A DNA stretch of 64,000 nucleotides from Nannocystales bacterium (GTDB lineage Bacteria > Myxococcota_A > Polyangia > Nannocystales > Nannocystaceae): contig JBOEGF010000018.1 in the NCBI GenBank assembly GCA_050633305.1, positions 480,001 through 544,000 of the forward strand. The letters run 5' to 3'. Position numbers and translations under genes: made by a program. Below the pieces are notes generated by a model, which ran no database searches, was not told where the DNA came from, and saw nothing but the letters and a program-made list of their open reading frames with translations. This document shows positions 20,044 through 30,661 of this stretch, one piece after another. Numbering within the stretch: the first letter of the stretch is position 1; the number at the start of each line of letters is the position of its first letter.

Positions 20044-21638
20044 GCGACAAGCCTCAGGCCCTGCTCGAGCGACTCGTCGGCCAGTTCGCGTCGCCGTACG
20101 ACTTCCTCCGAGAGCTCGTGCAGAACGCGATGGATGCCGGCAGTGACCTCGTCGAGGTCGAGCTGCATGAGCACCCCGGAGACGCCGACGCCTCGGCTGT
20201 GTTCGAGCTTGTCGTGGTCGACAGCGGCGCGGGCATGGATGAGGAGATCATCGATGGCGAGCTGACGCGATTGTTCGGGACCTCGAAGACCGACGACCGA
20301 ACCATGGCTGGCGGGTTTGGCATCGGCTTCGTGAGTGTGTTCGCGTGGGAGCCCGAACGGGTGTTGGTCCAGACTGGGCGAGGAGGTCAGGCCTGGGAAC
20401 TCCTTTTTCGTGAGGACCGTCGCTTTGAGAAGCGCCCCGTCGACATGCCCCTCGAAGGCACGACGATCCGGCTGTTCCGGCGAGGAGACCCGTCGCAGAG
20501 GCGTGCGATCGCCGAGGCGGTCGAAGATGCGCTGCACCGTTGGTGTCGTTTCGTGCCGATGGAAATCTCGTTCGAGGACGTCGAGTCGGGTGTCGGGCCG
20601 GTCGAGATTTCGGAGTCCTTCGAGCCGCTCGACGTTGCGGCCGATGTGTCGTGGTCACACGGCGCAAGCCGAGCTCAGCTCGCCTTTGGGCCCGACCCGC
20701 AGACCATCCTCCTGCGCCGCGGCTTGGTTCTCGAGACGGGGCGGACCTCCGACCTACTGCCCGAGCTCAGCGCTGCGGTCGGAGAGGCGACCGCGCGGCA
20801 TTTGGTGGTGCGACTGGATTCGCCTCGTCTACGGACAGGACTCGCGAGGGATGGGGTTGTCCGGGACGCGGACCGAGATGCGTTGGAACGCGAGCTTACC
20901 GAGGGCGTCTCTTCGCTCCGAGAGGCGTTGGTCCAACGCGCGGTCGAGACGGCAGGGCAGGGCGGTTGGGACGCATCCTCCGCCGACGCCTACTCTCATT
21001 TGCACGCCCACCTACAGCTCGAGTCGGATGTACTCGAAGACTTGGGCGAGAGGAATGTGCTCCGGATGGCGACGGGCTCCACGGTCTGTGCGCGCACGAT
21101 CCGGCATCGAGCCCGGCTTGGACTGGTGGCGCTTGCCGACGAAGGCTCGCTCGAGCTGAGGCTGTTGGCGCTGAGGTCGGGGATCCCGGTGCTGCAAGGT
21201 CGGTGGGACATCGACCGGCCGTGGCTACAGGCGTTGCTGGGTCGCTTCGACCTCGACGTACGCCCGTTGTCGCAAGCGGTCAGCCGCGCCACGCCTCTGG
21301 AAACCCCGGCGGCACTGGCTCATCTGACGCTGGGACTGATTCGAGACTTCGCTCCGCTGCGTGGGTTGCAGTGGTGTGAACTCGACGACGCGGAGCCTCG
21401 GGTGTTGGGCGGCGTGGCTGCGACGGACACCGGCGTTGTCACCGGCGCGTCATGGACCGCGCACGCCCTCGAGGACCGAGTCCTGTGGCTTCGAGCGTCC
21501 CACCCCATCGTGCGTCGCGCGGTCTCCACGGCCATCGTCCGGCCCGAGGTCGCAGCCCTGGGGCTCGCGATCGCAATCCTTGCGCGCGGGGACCACGATT
21601 CTGACCCGCTGCTCGACCGATGGAAGGCGTTGTCTTGA
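20040..21638 (+). CDS. HSP90-like GHKL ATPase of unknown function
   Basis: FLRELVQNAMDA (N box), DSGAGM (G1), GGFGIGFVSVF (G2), GTTIRL (G3). Confidence 0.85.
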   Translation: MSDKPQALLERLVGQFASPYDFLRELVQNAMDAGSDLVEVELHEHPGDADASAVFELVVVDSGAGMDEEIIDGELTRLFGTSKTDDRTMAGGFGIGFVSVFAWEPERVLVQTGRGGQAWELLFREDRRFEKRPVDMPLEGTTIRLFRRGDPSQRRAIAEAVEDALHRWCRFVPMEISFEDVESGVGPVEISESFEPLDVAADVSWSHGASRAQLAFGPDPQTILLRRGLVLETGRTSDLLPELSAAVGEATARHLVVRLDSPRLRTGLARDGVVRDADRDALERELTEGVSSLREALVQRAVETAGQGGWDASSADAYSHLHAHLQLESDVLEDLGERNVLRMATGSTVCARTIRHRARLGLVALADEGSLELRLLALRSGIPVLQGRWDIDRPWLQALLGRFDLDVRPLSQAVSRATPLETPAALAHLTLGLIRDFAPLRGLQWCELDDAEPRVLGGVAATDTGVVTGASWTAHALEDRVLWLRASHPIVRRAVSTAIVRPEVAALGLAIAILARGDHDSDPLLDRWKALS

Positions 21639-24532
21639 GCGCCCTGGATCAATGCGTCGAAGCTGCTTCGCTGGCCAGTGGTCAGCCGATGCCTCTGCGT
21701 AGCTTCACGGCATCCGTCGAAGCCGGCGTGCTGGCGATGCGACGGACGAGCGAGCCCTGGCTGTTTGCGACGTCCCTGCTTCGGTGTGGGCTGTGCGTCG
21801 CACCCCGTGTGGTGGCGCGAGTGCGAAACCAGGAACTCGACGGACACACGACCCTGCAGCTGGACCTGCGGTTCTCCGCCACGCAGTGGGAGTGGCCGGA
21901 CCTCTCCGCGCTGCTCGATGCGTCGATTCGCGACGACATTCGAGTCGATGGGCCCGAGCGCTGGCGCTTCCTGGCGGGTAGGGCGGTCAACGGCGCGATG
22001 GCGAGTCAGCCGCGCTGGGTCGAGCTGCACACCCCGGCAGGGGCACGGCGGTGGACTTGGTCCGCGGGGGCATCGCAGGGGAGGGACCCCTATGAAGTCC
22101 AGCGGATTCACAGTGACGTCGAGGACGATGGGGTGTCGTTGCGCGTCTCGCATCAAGCCCAGGGCGTCGCGGCGGTCTGGGCCCGATGGACCGGCCGTCA
22201 CGCACCCTTGGCGCAGGTCGCAGCACTGTGGTCCAAGGGACTCGGACGCCCTGTCACCGAGGAGGCGTTGGGGGATGGCGTCGTGGTCGAGCGACTCGAC
22301 CCTACCCGGTCGGAGGACTTTGGCCCCGCCGGATGCTGGTGGGCAGAAACGGATGGAGGACTCCACCTTCGGCGTGAAGGGGTTCGGGTCGCCTCGCTTC
22401 CCGATGTCACGACTCCCGACGGGGAGCTGCTTCACGGCGATCTGGATGCGCCGAAGCTCAGGCTCGACGCGGACGGGCATCGCGTCCATCTCGACGATGC
22501 TTGGCATGAAGTTGTCGCGTGGCTCCACGCGAGCGCGCAGCCACGGTCGCGCGAGATTCCCAAGGTGGTGGTGGACTGGCAAGGGCACCCTCGGGCGGTG
22601 GAGACCCTTCGCGACACCGACGAGGTCGTCTTCGCGTGGCCGCACCGGTTGGAGGCGGACCGGGGAGCGTTGTGGGCGGTTGAGTCTCTCTCTCCCCCTC
22701 AACTGGCCTGGCTTCGCGAGCACACCGAAGCGCGCTTCATTCCGGCTTCGCCGCTCGCTTCGGGGAAGCTTCAAGATCGTGTCGACGCGGCCGCGCTCGA
22801 AGCCGGGAGCGTCGGGCCGGTCTCTTTGGGGGACGTTCTCTCTGCGACGGTCCGCGGCTACATCCACCGTCATCCGATCGCGACCCGCGGTGTCGTCGAG
22901 GTTCACGGTTTTGGCCGGAAGGTCTTGAAGGGGGAAGCGCTCGAACTCCCGGGGATCACCGTCGTTGCCGAACTCTCGGACGGCGATGTAAACGAAGAAC
23001 GGGCAACGGAGGTCGCGGCGGCCGCCTGCAACCTGGCACGCGAGCGCGCCGATGTGCTGACCCAGGCGGTGCTTCAGGGGCTGCCTGACGACGCTTCACG
23101 TGTTCGCGCACCGTGGTTCAACCACCGGTGGGACCAGCTCGGCCCGCTGGACATCGCGCTTCGATACGTCCCCCACGGGGCTGGGGTCTTGCTGAAATGG
23201 CGTGACGAGCCGCTGCTCCAAATCACCGTCGCTCACGGAAGAGACGGCACGCCGTACTCGGGGTCGGACGCGCTCAAGCGGCTCCGTGACGTCGGTGGAA
23301 TCGTGATCGCTCAAGGGGGCGGGCGCTGGCACACGCTCGAGTCCTCCGATCCTGCATGGGTGCCGTGGGAACTCACCGGAGGTGGGGCAACGCTGCTGAA
23401 GAAACTCGTGGGGGCGTGGGGATTGTGGCGGATGCCCATGGTCGCCGAGGCCCAACTGAGACCTGGGCCGCTCGCCAGCCAGAGCCATGTCCGCCTGAGC
23501 GCGGCACGCAGCGCCGAGCTGGTGCCAGAGCTTCGGGCGCATGGTCGGTCTCGGGAGCGCGCTCGCATGGCGCTGCTGGCCCACCTACTGTGGGCGCGGA
23601 TGACGGGCGAGCCCACCCACGGTCTCGAGACCGTTCCGGTGCTCGTCGCCTACGACCCGCAGTCTGCGATGCCGCGTGCCCACGTTTCGCTTGGGCAGCT
23701 CGTCGCCTCCGGCTCCTACGCGACGGTGTTGCCCGGCGGCGCTGGGCATCGGGAGCTTGCGCACCCCGTCATCGAGGCCGAACCCGCAGTTGCCGATGCT
23801 CTGGTCGAGCTGGGCCTGCTGTCGTGCGGCTCGTTTGCGGCTGGCGGTGGCACTCGAACCCGCACCGCAGCCGCACCGCCCAAGGCCCCGCGCCGGGTTT
23901 GGTTGCGACAACCCGTGGCCGACGCCATGGCCGTTGGCGCGCTCACCGTGGCCGAAGGGTCTGCTGGGGTCGAGTTGTGGGCGGACGGACTGCGGAACCG
24001 AACCCTCGTGCTCCCAGCGCCGTACGGATCCGTTTCCGGCCGGGTCTGGCTCCAAGGGCAAGTCTCGGAACCGGCGCTGGTGCGACTGCTGCACAGCACG
24101 GCGGATGCGTTGCTCGAGACAGCGCGGCGTGTCGTGCTGCTCGCAGTCCCGGGCTCAGAGCGGGCTCGTGCGCTTCAGACGTTTGTGGACTCGATACCAG
24201 TAACGCTCGGGGCCGCGGGCGTGATGCGTCGGGTCGCGCCCGTGCTGGGCTCGGACCGATTGGGCGCGACCCTGCGGTTTGCGCTGGGCCGAGCTCCGGT
24301 GATCGAGGTCTCTCGGCTTTCTTGGAGTCTGCTCCGCGACGATGAGGGCCTGGAGCTCGTCCGTCTCGGGGGCCTGCATCCGCTCGTTCGCGCGGCGCGG
24401 GAAGACGGCGCCGATGCCACCGCGATCGGTGCAGCGGCGCTCTTCGCCCTCTTTGAGCTTCACCGCGCCGGGCGGCTCGACCAGCTTGGGTTTGACGAGG
24501 GGTTGACCCGAGTGTTGGCGGCCTTGGAGTGA
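21635..24532 (+). CDS. Large hypothetical protein, possibly a degenerate HSP90-like partner
   Basis: ~965 aa; TTG 21635 overlaps the previous stop; no intact ATPase motifs; C-terminal RLGGLHPLVR parallels WLRASHPIVR of the upstream ATPase. Confidence 0.7.
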   Translation: MSALDQCVEAASLASGQPMPLRSFTASVEAGVLAMRRTSEPWLFATSLLRCGLCVAPRVVARVRNQELDGHTTLQLDLRFSATQWEWPDLSALLDASIRDDIRVDGPERWRFLAGRAVNGAMASQPRWVELHTPAGARRWTWSAGASQGRDPYEVQRIHSDVEDDGVSLRVSHQAQGVAAVWARWTGRHAPLAQVAALWSKGLGRPVTEEALGDGVVVERLDPTRSEDFGPAGCWWAETDGGLHLRREGVRVASLPDVTTPDGELLHGDLDAPKLRLDADGHRVHLDDAWHEVVAWLHASAQPRSREIPKVVVDWQGHPRAVETLRDTDEVVFAWPHRLEADRGALWAVESLSPPQLAWLREHTEARFIPASPLASGKLQDRVDAAALEAGSVGPVSLGDVLSATVRGYIHRHPIATRGVVEVHGFGRKVLKGEALELPGITVVAELSDGDVNEERATEVAAAACNLARERADVLTQAVLQGLPDDASRVRAPWFNHRWDQLGPLDIALRYVPHGAGVLLKWRDEPLLQITVAHGRDGTPYSGSDALKRLRDVGGIVIAQGGGRWHTLESSDPAWVPWELTGGGATLLKKLVGAWGLWRMPMVAEAQLRPGPLASQSHVRLSAARSAELVPELRAHGRSRERARMALLAHLLWARMTGEPTHGLETVPVLVAYDPQSAMPRAHVSLGQLVASGSYATVLPGGAGHRELAHPVIEAEPAVADALVELGLLSCGSFAAGGGTRTRTAAAPPKAPRRVWLRQPVADAMAVGALTVAEGSAGVELWADGLRNRTLVLPAPYGSVSGRVWLQGQVSEPALVRLLHSTADALLETARRVVLLAVPGSERARALQTFVDSIPVTLGAAGVMRRVAPVLGSDRLGATLRFALGRAPVIEVSRLSWSLLRDDEGLELVRLGGLHPLVRAAREDGADATAIGAAALFALFELHRAGRLDQLGFDEGLTRVLAALE

Positions 24533-24558
24533 TGCGGCCACGGTGGTAGACCCCGGCG

Positions 24559-25299
24559 ATGCAGCGCGCCGCCTGGCTCGAGGAGTCGCCCTTCACGCTG
24601 ATGCTCAGCGCGGGATTCTTCGGATTCTTTTCCCACACTGGGCTGCTGCGGGCTCTCGAGGATCATGGACTTCGCCCTCAACGCGTGATCGGGTGCTCGG
24701 CTGGGTCGTTGGCGGGTGGGTTGTGGGCCAGCGGCATGGAAGCCGGAACGCTTGCGGACGAACTGGTCTCCCTGCGGCGCGAAGACTTCTGGGATCCGGG
24801 GCTTCCGCTGGGAGGCCTCCTTCGGGGCAGGAAGTTTCGGGAGCATCTTGGACTCCTGCTCGGCCGCCTCGGGGTGGAACGCATCGAACAAACGCCGCTG
24901 CGCTTTTCCCCGATTGTGCACGACGTGTTGCGCCGCAAACCGGTTGCGTTGAACGAGGGGCTGCTGAGCGAAGCGATCGTGGCCTCCTGCACGGTGCCGG
25001 TGATGTTTCGTCCGGTGCTGTCACAAGGCCGCGTCCTGGTGGACGGTGGGGTCTCGGACCGCAGTGGCTTCACGGCGCTCGATGGAGACGAGCGGGTGCT
25101 GCTTCATTTTCTCCCGTCCCGCCGCAAGGTGAAATGGGGAGCGCCGGCGCCTGTCCCTACCGAGGTACCCGGCGCACAGTCCCTCCTGCTGGTGACGCCC
25201 GACCTTCCCAAGGTCACTCCGTTCCGCCTCGAGCAAGGAGCGCTCGCGTACACGCGCACCTACGAGCACGCGCAGCGATGGCTGGGCGAGACGGTGTGA
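24559..25299 (+). CDS. Patatin-like phospholipase
   Basis: Gly-rich SAGFFG..SHTG, nucleophile GCSAG, DGG motif. Confidence 0.9.
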   Translation: MQRAAWLEESPFTLMLSAGFFGFFSHTGLLRALEDHGLRPQRVIGCSAGSLAGGLWASGMEAGTLADELVSLRREDFWDPGLPLGGLLRGRKFREHLGLLLGRLGVERIEQTPLRFSPIVHDVLRRKPVALNEGLLSEAIVASCTVPVMFRPVLSQGRVLVDGGVSDRSGFTALDGDERVLLHFLPSRRKVKWGAPAPVPTEVPGAQSLLLVTPDLPKVTPFRLEQGALAYTRTYEHAQRWLGETV

Positions 25300-25320
25300 C
25301 GCTGCGAGACGGTCCCAGCC

Positions 25321-28191
25321 TCAGTCTCCCGGCGGATACCGGGACGAAGTCTCTGGGCCGTCGAGCATCGCGATCAACGCATGGATGACGTCGAGTTCGC
25401 TGTCTCCCGCGCCGGACGCTTGCATTGAGGCTAGGGCACGTTGGGCCCAGTCGAGTGCGTCGGCGTTTCGTCCCTGAGCCCGGTAGTCACGCGCCCTGGC
25501 TTGCTCGAGGATCGAACGCCACATCGGGTCCCCTTTCGTCTCCGGAAGGAAACGCTCGATCTCCGCTTGGGCTCGTTCGTGCTCCCCTGCGTTGGTGTAC
25601 ACGTCGGCGATCTCGAATGCGGCCTGGACCCGTGGAATACCCTCGGTCCCGTACCCAGCCTCGATGGCCGGGGCTGCGTGCTCGAGGACGTCGAGCGCCT
25701 CACGGTCGCGGTCGAGGTTCGCCAAGATCTGTGCCTGGAGGATGAGCCCGGCGGCCCGAATCTGGAGCGCTTGAACGTCCCCCGCGGGGTCGATCCTTGT
25801 CGCAATCTCGAGATCCGCAAGGGCGGCCTCGTGACGCTTCTGTGCCCAGTAGATCCGAGCGCGAGACACGTACACCCTCGATAGTAGGCTTTCGCCGCGT
25901 TCGCCGATGCTCTTGGCCAACTCGGCTGCACGCTCGTAGTCCGCCAGCGCCTCCGGGTATCGAAGGAGCAAGGCCAAACTGTCGCCGCGCCCGACGTAGC
26001 CGCCAAAGAGCGACTCCGCCATCTCGTCGGGGCGCTCCTGCAACGTTGCGATCGTTCGCCCATAGGTTTCCAGGGCTTGCTCATCCCGTCCTCGCCAAGA
26101 CTGGATGTTGGCCAGGATCTGCTGCAAACGAGCGACGTCGGGGTGGTGGGTTCCTCTCTGGCGGGCGAGCGACTCGACGGCATCTTCGGCGCGGGCTTCC
26201 GCCTGCTCGAGGTCACCAGTGCGCTGCAGCACCGCGGCGTACAGTTTGTAGATGAACGGGAGGACTGGGGCGTCGGACGCTTCGCCGATGGGGAGCGCCT
26301 CTTCGAGCAGTTCGCGCACGCGCTCGAACTGACCGCGTAACCAACGACTGTAGGCCTCCTCGAACAACAGCTCGGCGCGCATCTCGTCGGAGAGGGGACC
26401 CCAGGCGCGGGCTTGATGGGAGCGGTCGAGCAGCAACTCGAACGCGACGTCGGAGTCGGTGAGGGGGACCGCCTTTGCCGCCGAGATCCAGGCCAGCGCT
26501 TCGAGCCCAGCGTTGTCGCCGCGCGCCGCTTCTCCCAATGAGGCGACCAGGTGTCGCTTGAGCGCGTGATCGTCTCCGCGGGAGTCTGCGATGGACGACA
26601 GACGCAGATGAGCCTGTGCCCGAACTTCGGAGAGTTGCCCGGGGGTCGTCGCATCCAGAACAGACTGGAACGCGTCCTTTGCCTCCGACGTCTGTAGCCG
26701 CTCTTCTGCAAGGAGACCATCTCGGTATGTCGCCAGGATGGTCCGGCCGAAGTCCGTGTCGAACGTCTCCCTGTCGACGACCCGGCAGTCGCAGACGCCT
26801 TGGATGAAGTACGCGACCATCGGCAAGGCGTCGGCCTGCTCGGGTGTGAACGACGTGAGCTCTCCGAGCGTCCGTTTTGTCGTTTCCAGGGCGTCTTCGA
26901 GGCAACGCGTGCGGTGATCTCCGGCGAGCGCAATCTCGGGGTCTGGGTCTCGAGACGCCCGGCAGGCCTCGAGTGTCTGCGTGCTCCAATGATCTGCGAT
27001 GCCTTCGAGCTCGGCCGAGAAACGGTCGGCAAGCTCTCCTGGGTGGGGACGCCCCGACGCCTCGAGAAGGTCCGCGATGCGGTCGGCCTCGCCGTCCAGG
27101 GCGGCCTCGATACGGGAGCGCTCCTCGGTGCACGGGTCAGGTTGGCTCGCCCAAACGACCGTCGCGATCGCGGCCGCGCCTGCACTCGCCATTCCTGTCC
27201 CGAGTGCCCATCGACGGCGGTTTGCGCCGGCCCGCAGCGCGCGGGACATGGCCCGAGCGTCCTTGTATCGGTCCTCAGAGCGGGCCTGGAGACCGCGCAG
27301 CAGCACGTTCCGCACGTACTCCGGGACGTGCTTGGCTGAAGGCGAAGCGACCCGGCCGCCCTCGAGTGCTTCGACCAGCCCCGCCACCGAGCTCGCTTCG
27401 TAAGGCCGACAACCATAGAACGCGACGAAGAAGGTCGCGCACAGACCGAACTGATCGCTCAAGGCGTCCGCGTGACCCTTGAACTGCTCTACGGCCATGA
27501 ATGCGGGCGTCCCGACAACAGCTCCGGTGCTCGTGATGGATGTTGAGCTCTCGCCTTCGCGTTCGACCTCGCTCGAGGTCAGCAGCTCCGGAGCGGCCTC
27601 GAATGTTCGCGCGAGACCGAAGTCCGCGATTCGCAGTCGTCCGTCCACCCCGACCAACATGTTGGCCGGCTTCAGGTCTCGATGCACCAGGCCAAGGTCG
27701 TGCGCAGCCGCCAAACCTTCGAGCGCCTGCAATGCGAAGTCGATCAACGCCCGAGTCCTCTCGGGGGAGGACTCGGGATGGGCGGCACACCAGTCCGCCA
27801 GTGTTCCGCCCTCGACGTACTCCATGGCGACGTACATCTCGTCCCCTTCGTCGCTGACCTCGTGCACGGTCACGACGTTGGGGTGATTGAGTTTCGCCAG
27901 CGCCTTGGCTTCCCGCAGCATTCGCGCTCGTGCGTCCGCTCCCGAGAGGGTGACCACCTTGACGGCGACGCAGCGGTCGAGCTGCGGATCGTAGGCTTTG
28001 TAGACCACCCCCATGGCGCCCCGGCCGAGCGTCTCCAAGAGGTGATACCGGCCCATCCGTGTGACCTCGCTGGCCCCGAAGAGGCTCGATTGCAGCGAAC
28101 CCATGAGCATGCGGCCGTGAACGCTGAGCGCATTCCGGTCCGAACCCGGCTCGGTCTTCGGCGCCCCGATGTCTACGCCGTCCTCGGCCAC
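25321..28191 (-). CDS. Ser/Thr protein kinase with TM segment and TPR region
   Basis: LGRGAMGVVY, VAVK, HRDLKPAN, DFG, GTPAFMAVE; C-terminal TPRs (GTHHPDVA). Start uncertain. Confidence 0.92.
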   Translation of the reverse strand: MAEDGVDIGAPKTEPGSDRNALSVHGRMLMGSLQSSLFGASEVTRMGRYHLLETLGRGAMGVVYKAYDPQLDRCVAVKVVTLSGADARARMLREAKALAKLNHPNVVTVHEVSDEGDEMYVAMEYVEGGTLADWCAAHPESSPERTRALIDFALQALEGLAAAHDLGLVHRDLKPANMLVGVDGRLRIADFGLARTFEAAPELLTSSEVEREGESSTSITSTGAVVGTPAFMAVEQFKGHADALSDQFGLCATFFVAFYGCRPYEASSVAGLVEALEGGRVASPSAKHVPEYVRNVLLRGLQARSEDRYKDARAMSRALRAGANRRRWALGTGMASAGAAAIATVVWASQPDPCTEERSRIEAALDGEADRIADLLEASGRPHPGELADRFSAELEGIADHWSTQTLEACRASRDPDPEIALAGDHRTRCLEDALETTKRTLGELTSFTPEQADALPMVAYFIQGVCDCRVVDRETFDTDFGRTILATYRDGLLAEERLQTSEAKDAFQSVLDATTPGQLSEVRAQAHLRLSSIADSRGDDHALKRHLVASLGEAARGDNAGLEALAWISAAKAVPLTDSDVAFELLLDRSHQARAWGPLSDEMRAELLFEEAYSRWLRGQFERVRELLEEALPIGEASDAPVLPFIYKLYAAVLQRTGDLEQAEARAEDAVESLARQRGTHHPDVARLQQILANIQSWRGRDEQALETYGRTIATLQERPDEMAESLFGGYVGRGDSLALLLRYPEALADYERAAELAKSIGERGESLLSRVYVSRARIYWAQKRHEAALADLEIATRIDPAGDVQALQIRAAGLILQAQILANLDRDREALDVLEHAAPAIEAGYGTEGIPRVQAAFEIADVYTNAGEHERAQAEIERFLPETKGDPMWRSILEQARARDYRAQGRNADALDWAQRALASMQASGAGDSELDVIHALIAMLDGPETSSRYPPGD

Positions 28192-28402
28192 TGAAGAAGA
28201 GTGGCAAGAACCCGACCTCTCAACAAGCCGGCTCACGTCTCGGCCTGGAGTCTACGCTCATCGCAGCGTGTAGAGCCCCGCGACAACCACGACCGTCGGG
28301 TGGGCTCGAGAGCTCGCCCGATTCGATCGCGGCCGAGCAACCCCAAACGCGAATGTGGAACGCGTGGGTCCGGGCGATGCGCGCCGGACCAAGTTTCGAG
28401 GG

Positions 28403-29518
28403 CTACCCGACTGGCGTGGTCACGGGGCCACCGGTTCCGTCGCAACCCCACTGCCAGTTGTCGAGGAAGACGAAGCTGTCCAGCACGGGGTCGGCCAGGT
28501 CGAACACGGCCAAAACCACGGTGATCTTTTCCCCGGGAGTGACCGGCGCGGTCGAGCTCAGCCACTTGGTGCCGGCGTGCTGCTTCATGCACGTGCCGCC
28601 AAACTCGGGAAGGGTCGCGGCGTCGTCGCGGAAGTCCAGGAACCCGGCGTTGAGCGAGATAGGGTCGCCATCCTCATCGAACGAGATGTTGCCGGTCCAG
28701 CTCTCCGACTCGAGCCAGCCCACGTACATATCGTTGTAGACGTCCTCGAAGTAGTCCGGGTACTCGGTCGAGAAGAACGCGAAGTCGTAGCTGATCGAGT
28801 TGTAGCCCTCGGGCACGTCGGCGATGACCCGTACTTCGGCGTAGTCAAATGCGGCTCCGCCCTGGTTGAACTGCCCCGAGATCGTGCTGGAGCAATCGCC
28901 GGTTCCGAGCAGAGTTTCGTCCGCCGTGCAGTCTCCTGCGACGTCCATGATCTGAATCGGTGCGGGAAGGATTGCGCCGGGGTCAGGGCTTCCGGGCATG
29001 TCGTCGTTGCAGTGGGTCGGGCCGCCGTTGCTGTCTCCGGGCGGGGTCTCGACGTCGAGTTCTGCAACCGCGCCGCTTCCGATGACGGCAAACGAGGAGC
29101 CTTCGCGTGGCGCCCATGTGTCCGTCGGGCCGAAGCCCGTTCGGACTCCGATCGAGCCCGGGTCTCCTTGGGTGGTGCCCGTGATCTGAATCTCGCCCTC
29201 GCAGCCGAGTCCGATTGCGGCGAAGACGTCCGTGGTCCCCGCATCGCAGGGGACATGCTCCATGGCCTCGCACTCGTTCGGGCAGTCTTGTCCTTCTTGG
29301 CAGTCCTGCGGTCCGCCGCTGCCGCCGTCGCCGACGTCGAGCTTGAGCTCGCCGGTTTCGCCGTCGTCATCCATGGGCTCGAGCGTGTCGGCCCCGGCAC
29401 CGCTCATCGAAGATGGGGTCGTCAGACCTCCACCGTCGTCTACAGCACCCGGGTCCTCGCGCTCTTCTGGCGCACAACCGACCAACAGTATGAGAATGCT
29501 CGCTCCGACCCGAGGCAT
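28403..29518 (-). CDS. Secreted lipoprotein with choice-of-anchor-L-like domain
   Basis: Lipobox LVGC; YDFAFFSTEYPDY..YNDM and DPVLDSFVFLDN motifs. Confidence 0.65.
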   Translation of the reverse strand: MPRVGASILILLVGCAPEEREDPGAVDDGGGLTTPSSMSGAGADTLEPMDDDGETGELKLDVGDGGSGGPQDCQEGQDCPNECEAMEHVPCDAGTTDVFAAIGLGCEGEIQITGTTQGDPGSIGVRTGFGPTDTWAPREGSSFAVIGSGAVAELDVETPPGDSNGGPTHCNDDMPGSPDPGAILPAPIQIMDVAGDCTADETLLGTGDCSSTISGQFNQGGAAFDYAEVRVIADVPEGYNSISYDFAFFSTEYPDYFEDVYNDMYVGWLESESWTGNISFDEDGDPISLNAGFLDFRDDAATLPEFGGTCMKQHAGTKWLSSTAPVTPGEKITVVLAVFDLADPVLDSFVFLDNWQWGCDGTGGPVTTPVG

Positions 29519-29722
29519 GGCCGGACCGTATCAGTCGAAGGCGAACCTTCCAACGACGCCAAAGCCCCCGAACACCCCGTTATGCGCTTCTCCCGAATTC
29601 CCGCCAAGTCGTCCCGATCTTTTGGTGAGCTAGGGTAAGGTTCCTTCAAGTGCTGTTGCAGGTCGTGGGAGCGTGCGACTCTCCGCGTCCGCTCGCGTCG
29701 CTCCGAACGACGCCCCGATCGC

Positions 29723-30598
29723 ATGACCAGCGAACCCGTTTCCACCCACGCCACCCTCTCCGACGCCGGACTCGACCTGACCGCTTTGGGAGAGCGCTTC
29801 TCCGCGTTCGCGTCGACGTTGCAGCGTCCGCTCGTCTTCTTTGATGTCGAGGCCACGGGCACCGATCCCCTCAGCGATCGCATCGTCGAGCTGTCGGTCT
29901 TGCGCGTCGGGCCCGAGGGCGTCGAGCCAATTCGGACTTGGCGTGTGAAGCCGGGCATCCGGATCCCACTCGAGGCCACCGAGATTCACGGCATCTCCAA
30001 CGAAGACGTCGAAGCGGCTCCGAGCTTCGACGTGATCTGTGACGAGGTGCTGGCGGCGATCGACGACGCCGACTTCGCAGGGTTCGCGATCGGGCGCTAC
30101 GACGTTCGCATCGTGCACGCCGAACTGGTTCGGGCCGGTAAGTCGATGGACCTCACGAACAGGCGGGTCATCGACGCGCAGGTCATCTTTCACCGGCGCG
30201 AGCCCCGGAACCTGACGGCAGCACTTCGTTTCTACCGAGACAAGGAGCTGGAGGGAGCGCATGGTGCGGCTGCCGACACCGTGGCGTCACTTGAAGTGTT
30301 TGCGGGCCAGCTGGAGCGCTACGACGACCTCTCACTCGACATCGAGGCGTTGCACGAACTCTCGTCGAGTCACAACGACGCGTACTGCGATCAAGGCCGC
30401 CGGTTTGCGTGGCGAGACAACGAGCCGGTCTTCAACTTCGGGCGTCTTCGCGGTCGCAGCTTGCGTTGGGTCGCCTCGGACCCCACCGAGCGCCGCTATC
30501 TACGGGTGGTCCTCGAGGGCCGCTTCGACGAAGACGCCAAGGCTATCGTGCGCGAGGCCATGCAGGGACGAATCCGTCAGCGCAAGCGCTCGTCGTGA
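29723..30598 (+). CDS. DEDDh 3'-5' exonuclease (DNA Pol III epsilon-like)
   Basis: FFDVEATG, IHGI, YD, AHGAAADT; C-terminal FNFGRLRG. Confidence 0.9.
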   Translation: MTSEPVSTHATLSDAGLDLTALGERFSAFASTLQRPLVFFDVEATGTDPLSDRIVELSVLRVGPEGVEPIRTWRVKPGIRIPLEATEIHGISNEDVEAAPSFDVICDEVLAAIDDADFAGFAIGRYDVRIVHAELVRAGKSMDLTNRRVIDAQVIFHRREPRNLTAALRFYRDKELEGAHGAAADTVASLEVFAGQLERYDDLSLDIEALHELSSSHNDAYCDQGRRFAWRDNEPVFNFGRLRGRSLRWVASDPTERRYLRVVLEGRFDEDAKAIVREAMQGRIRQRKRSS

Positions 30599-30661
30599 TC
30601 GCGTGAGACGTCACATCGCGGTGCGTCTACCCCTCCGAAGAGTTGGGGTAGTGTCCGCACC

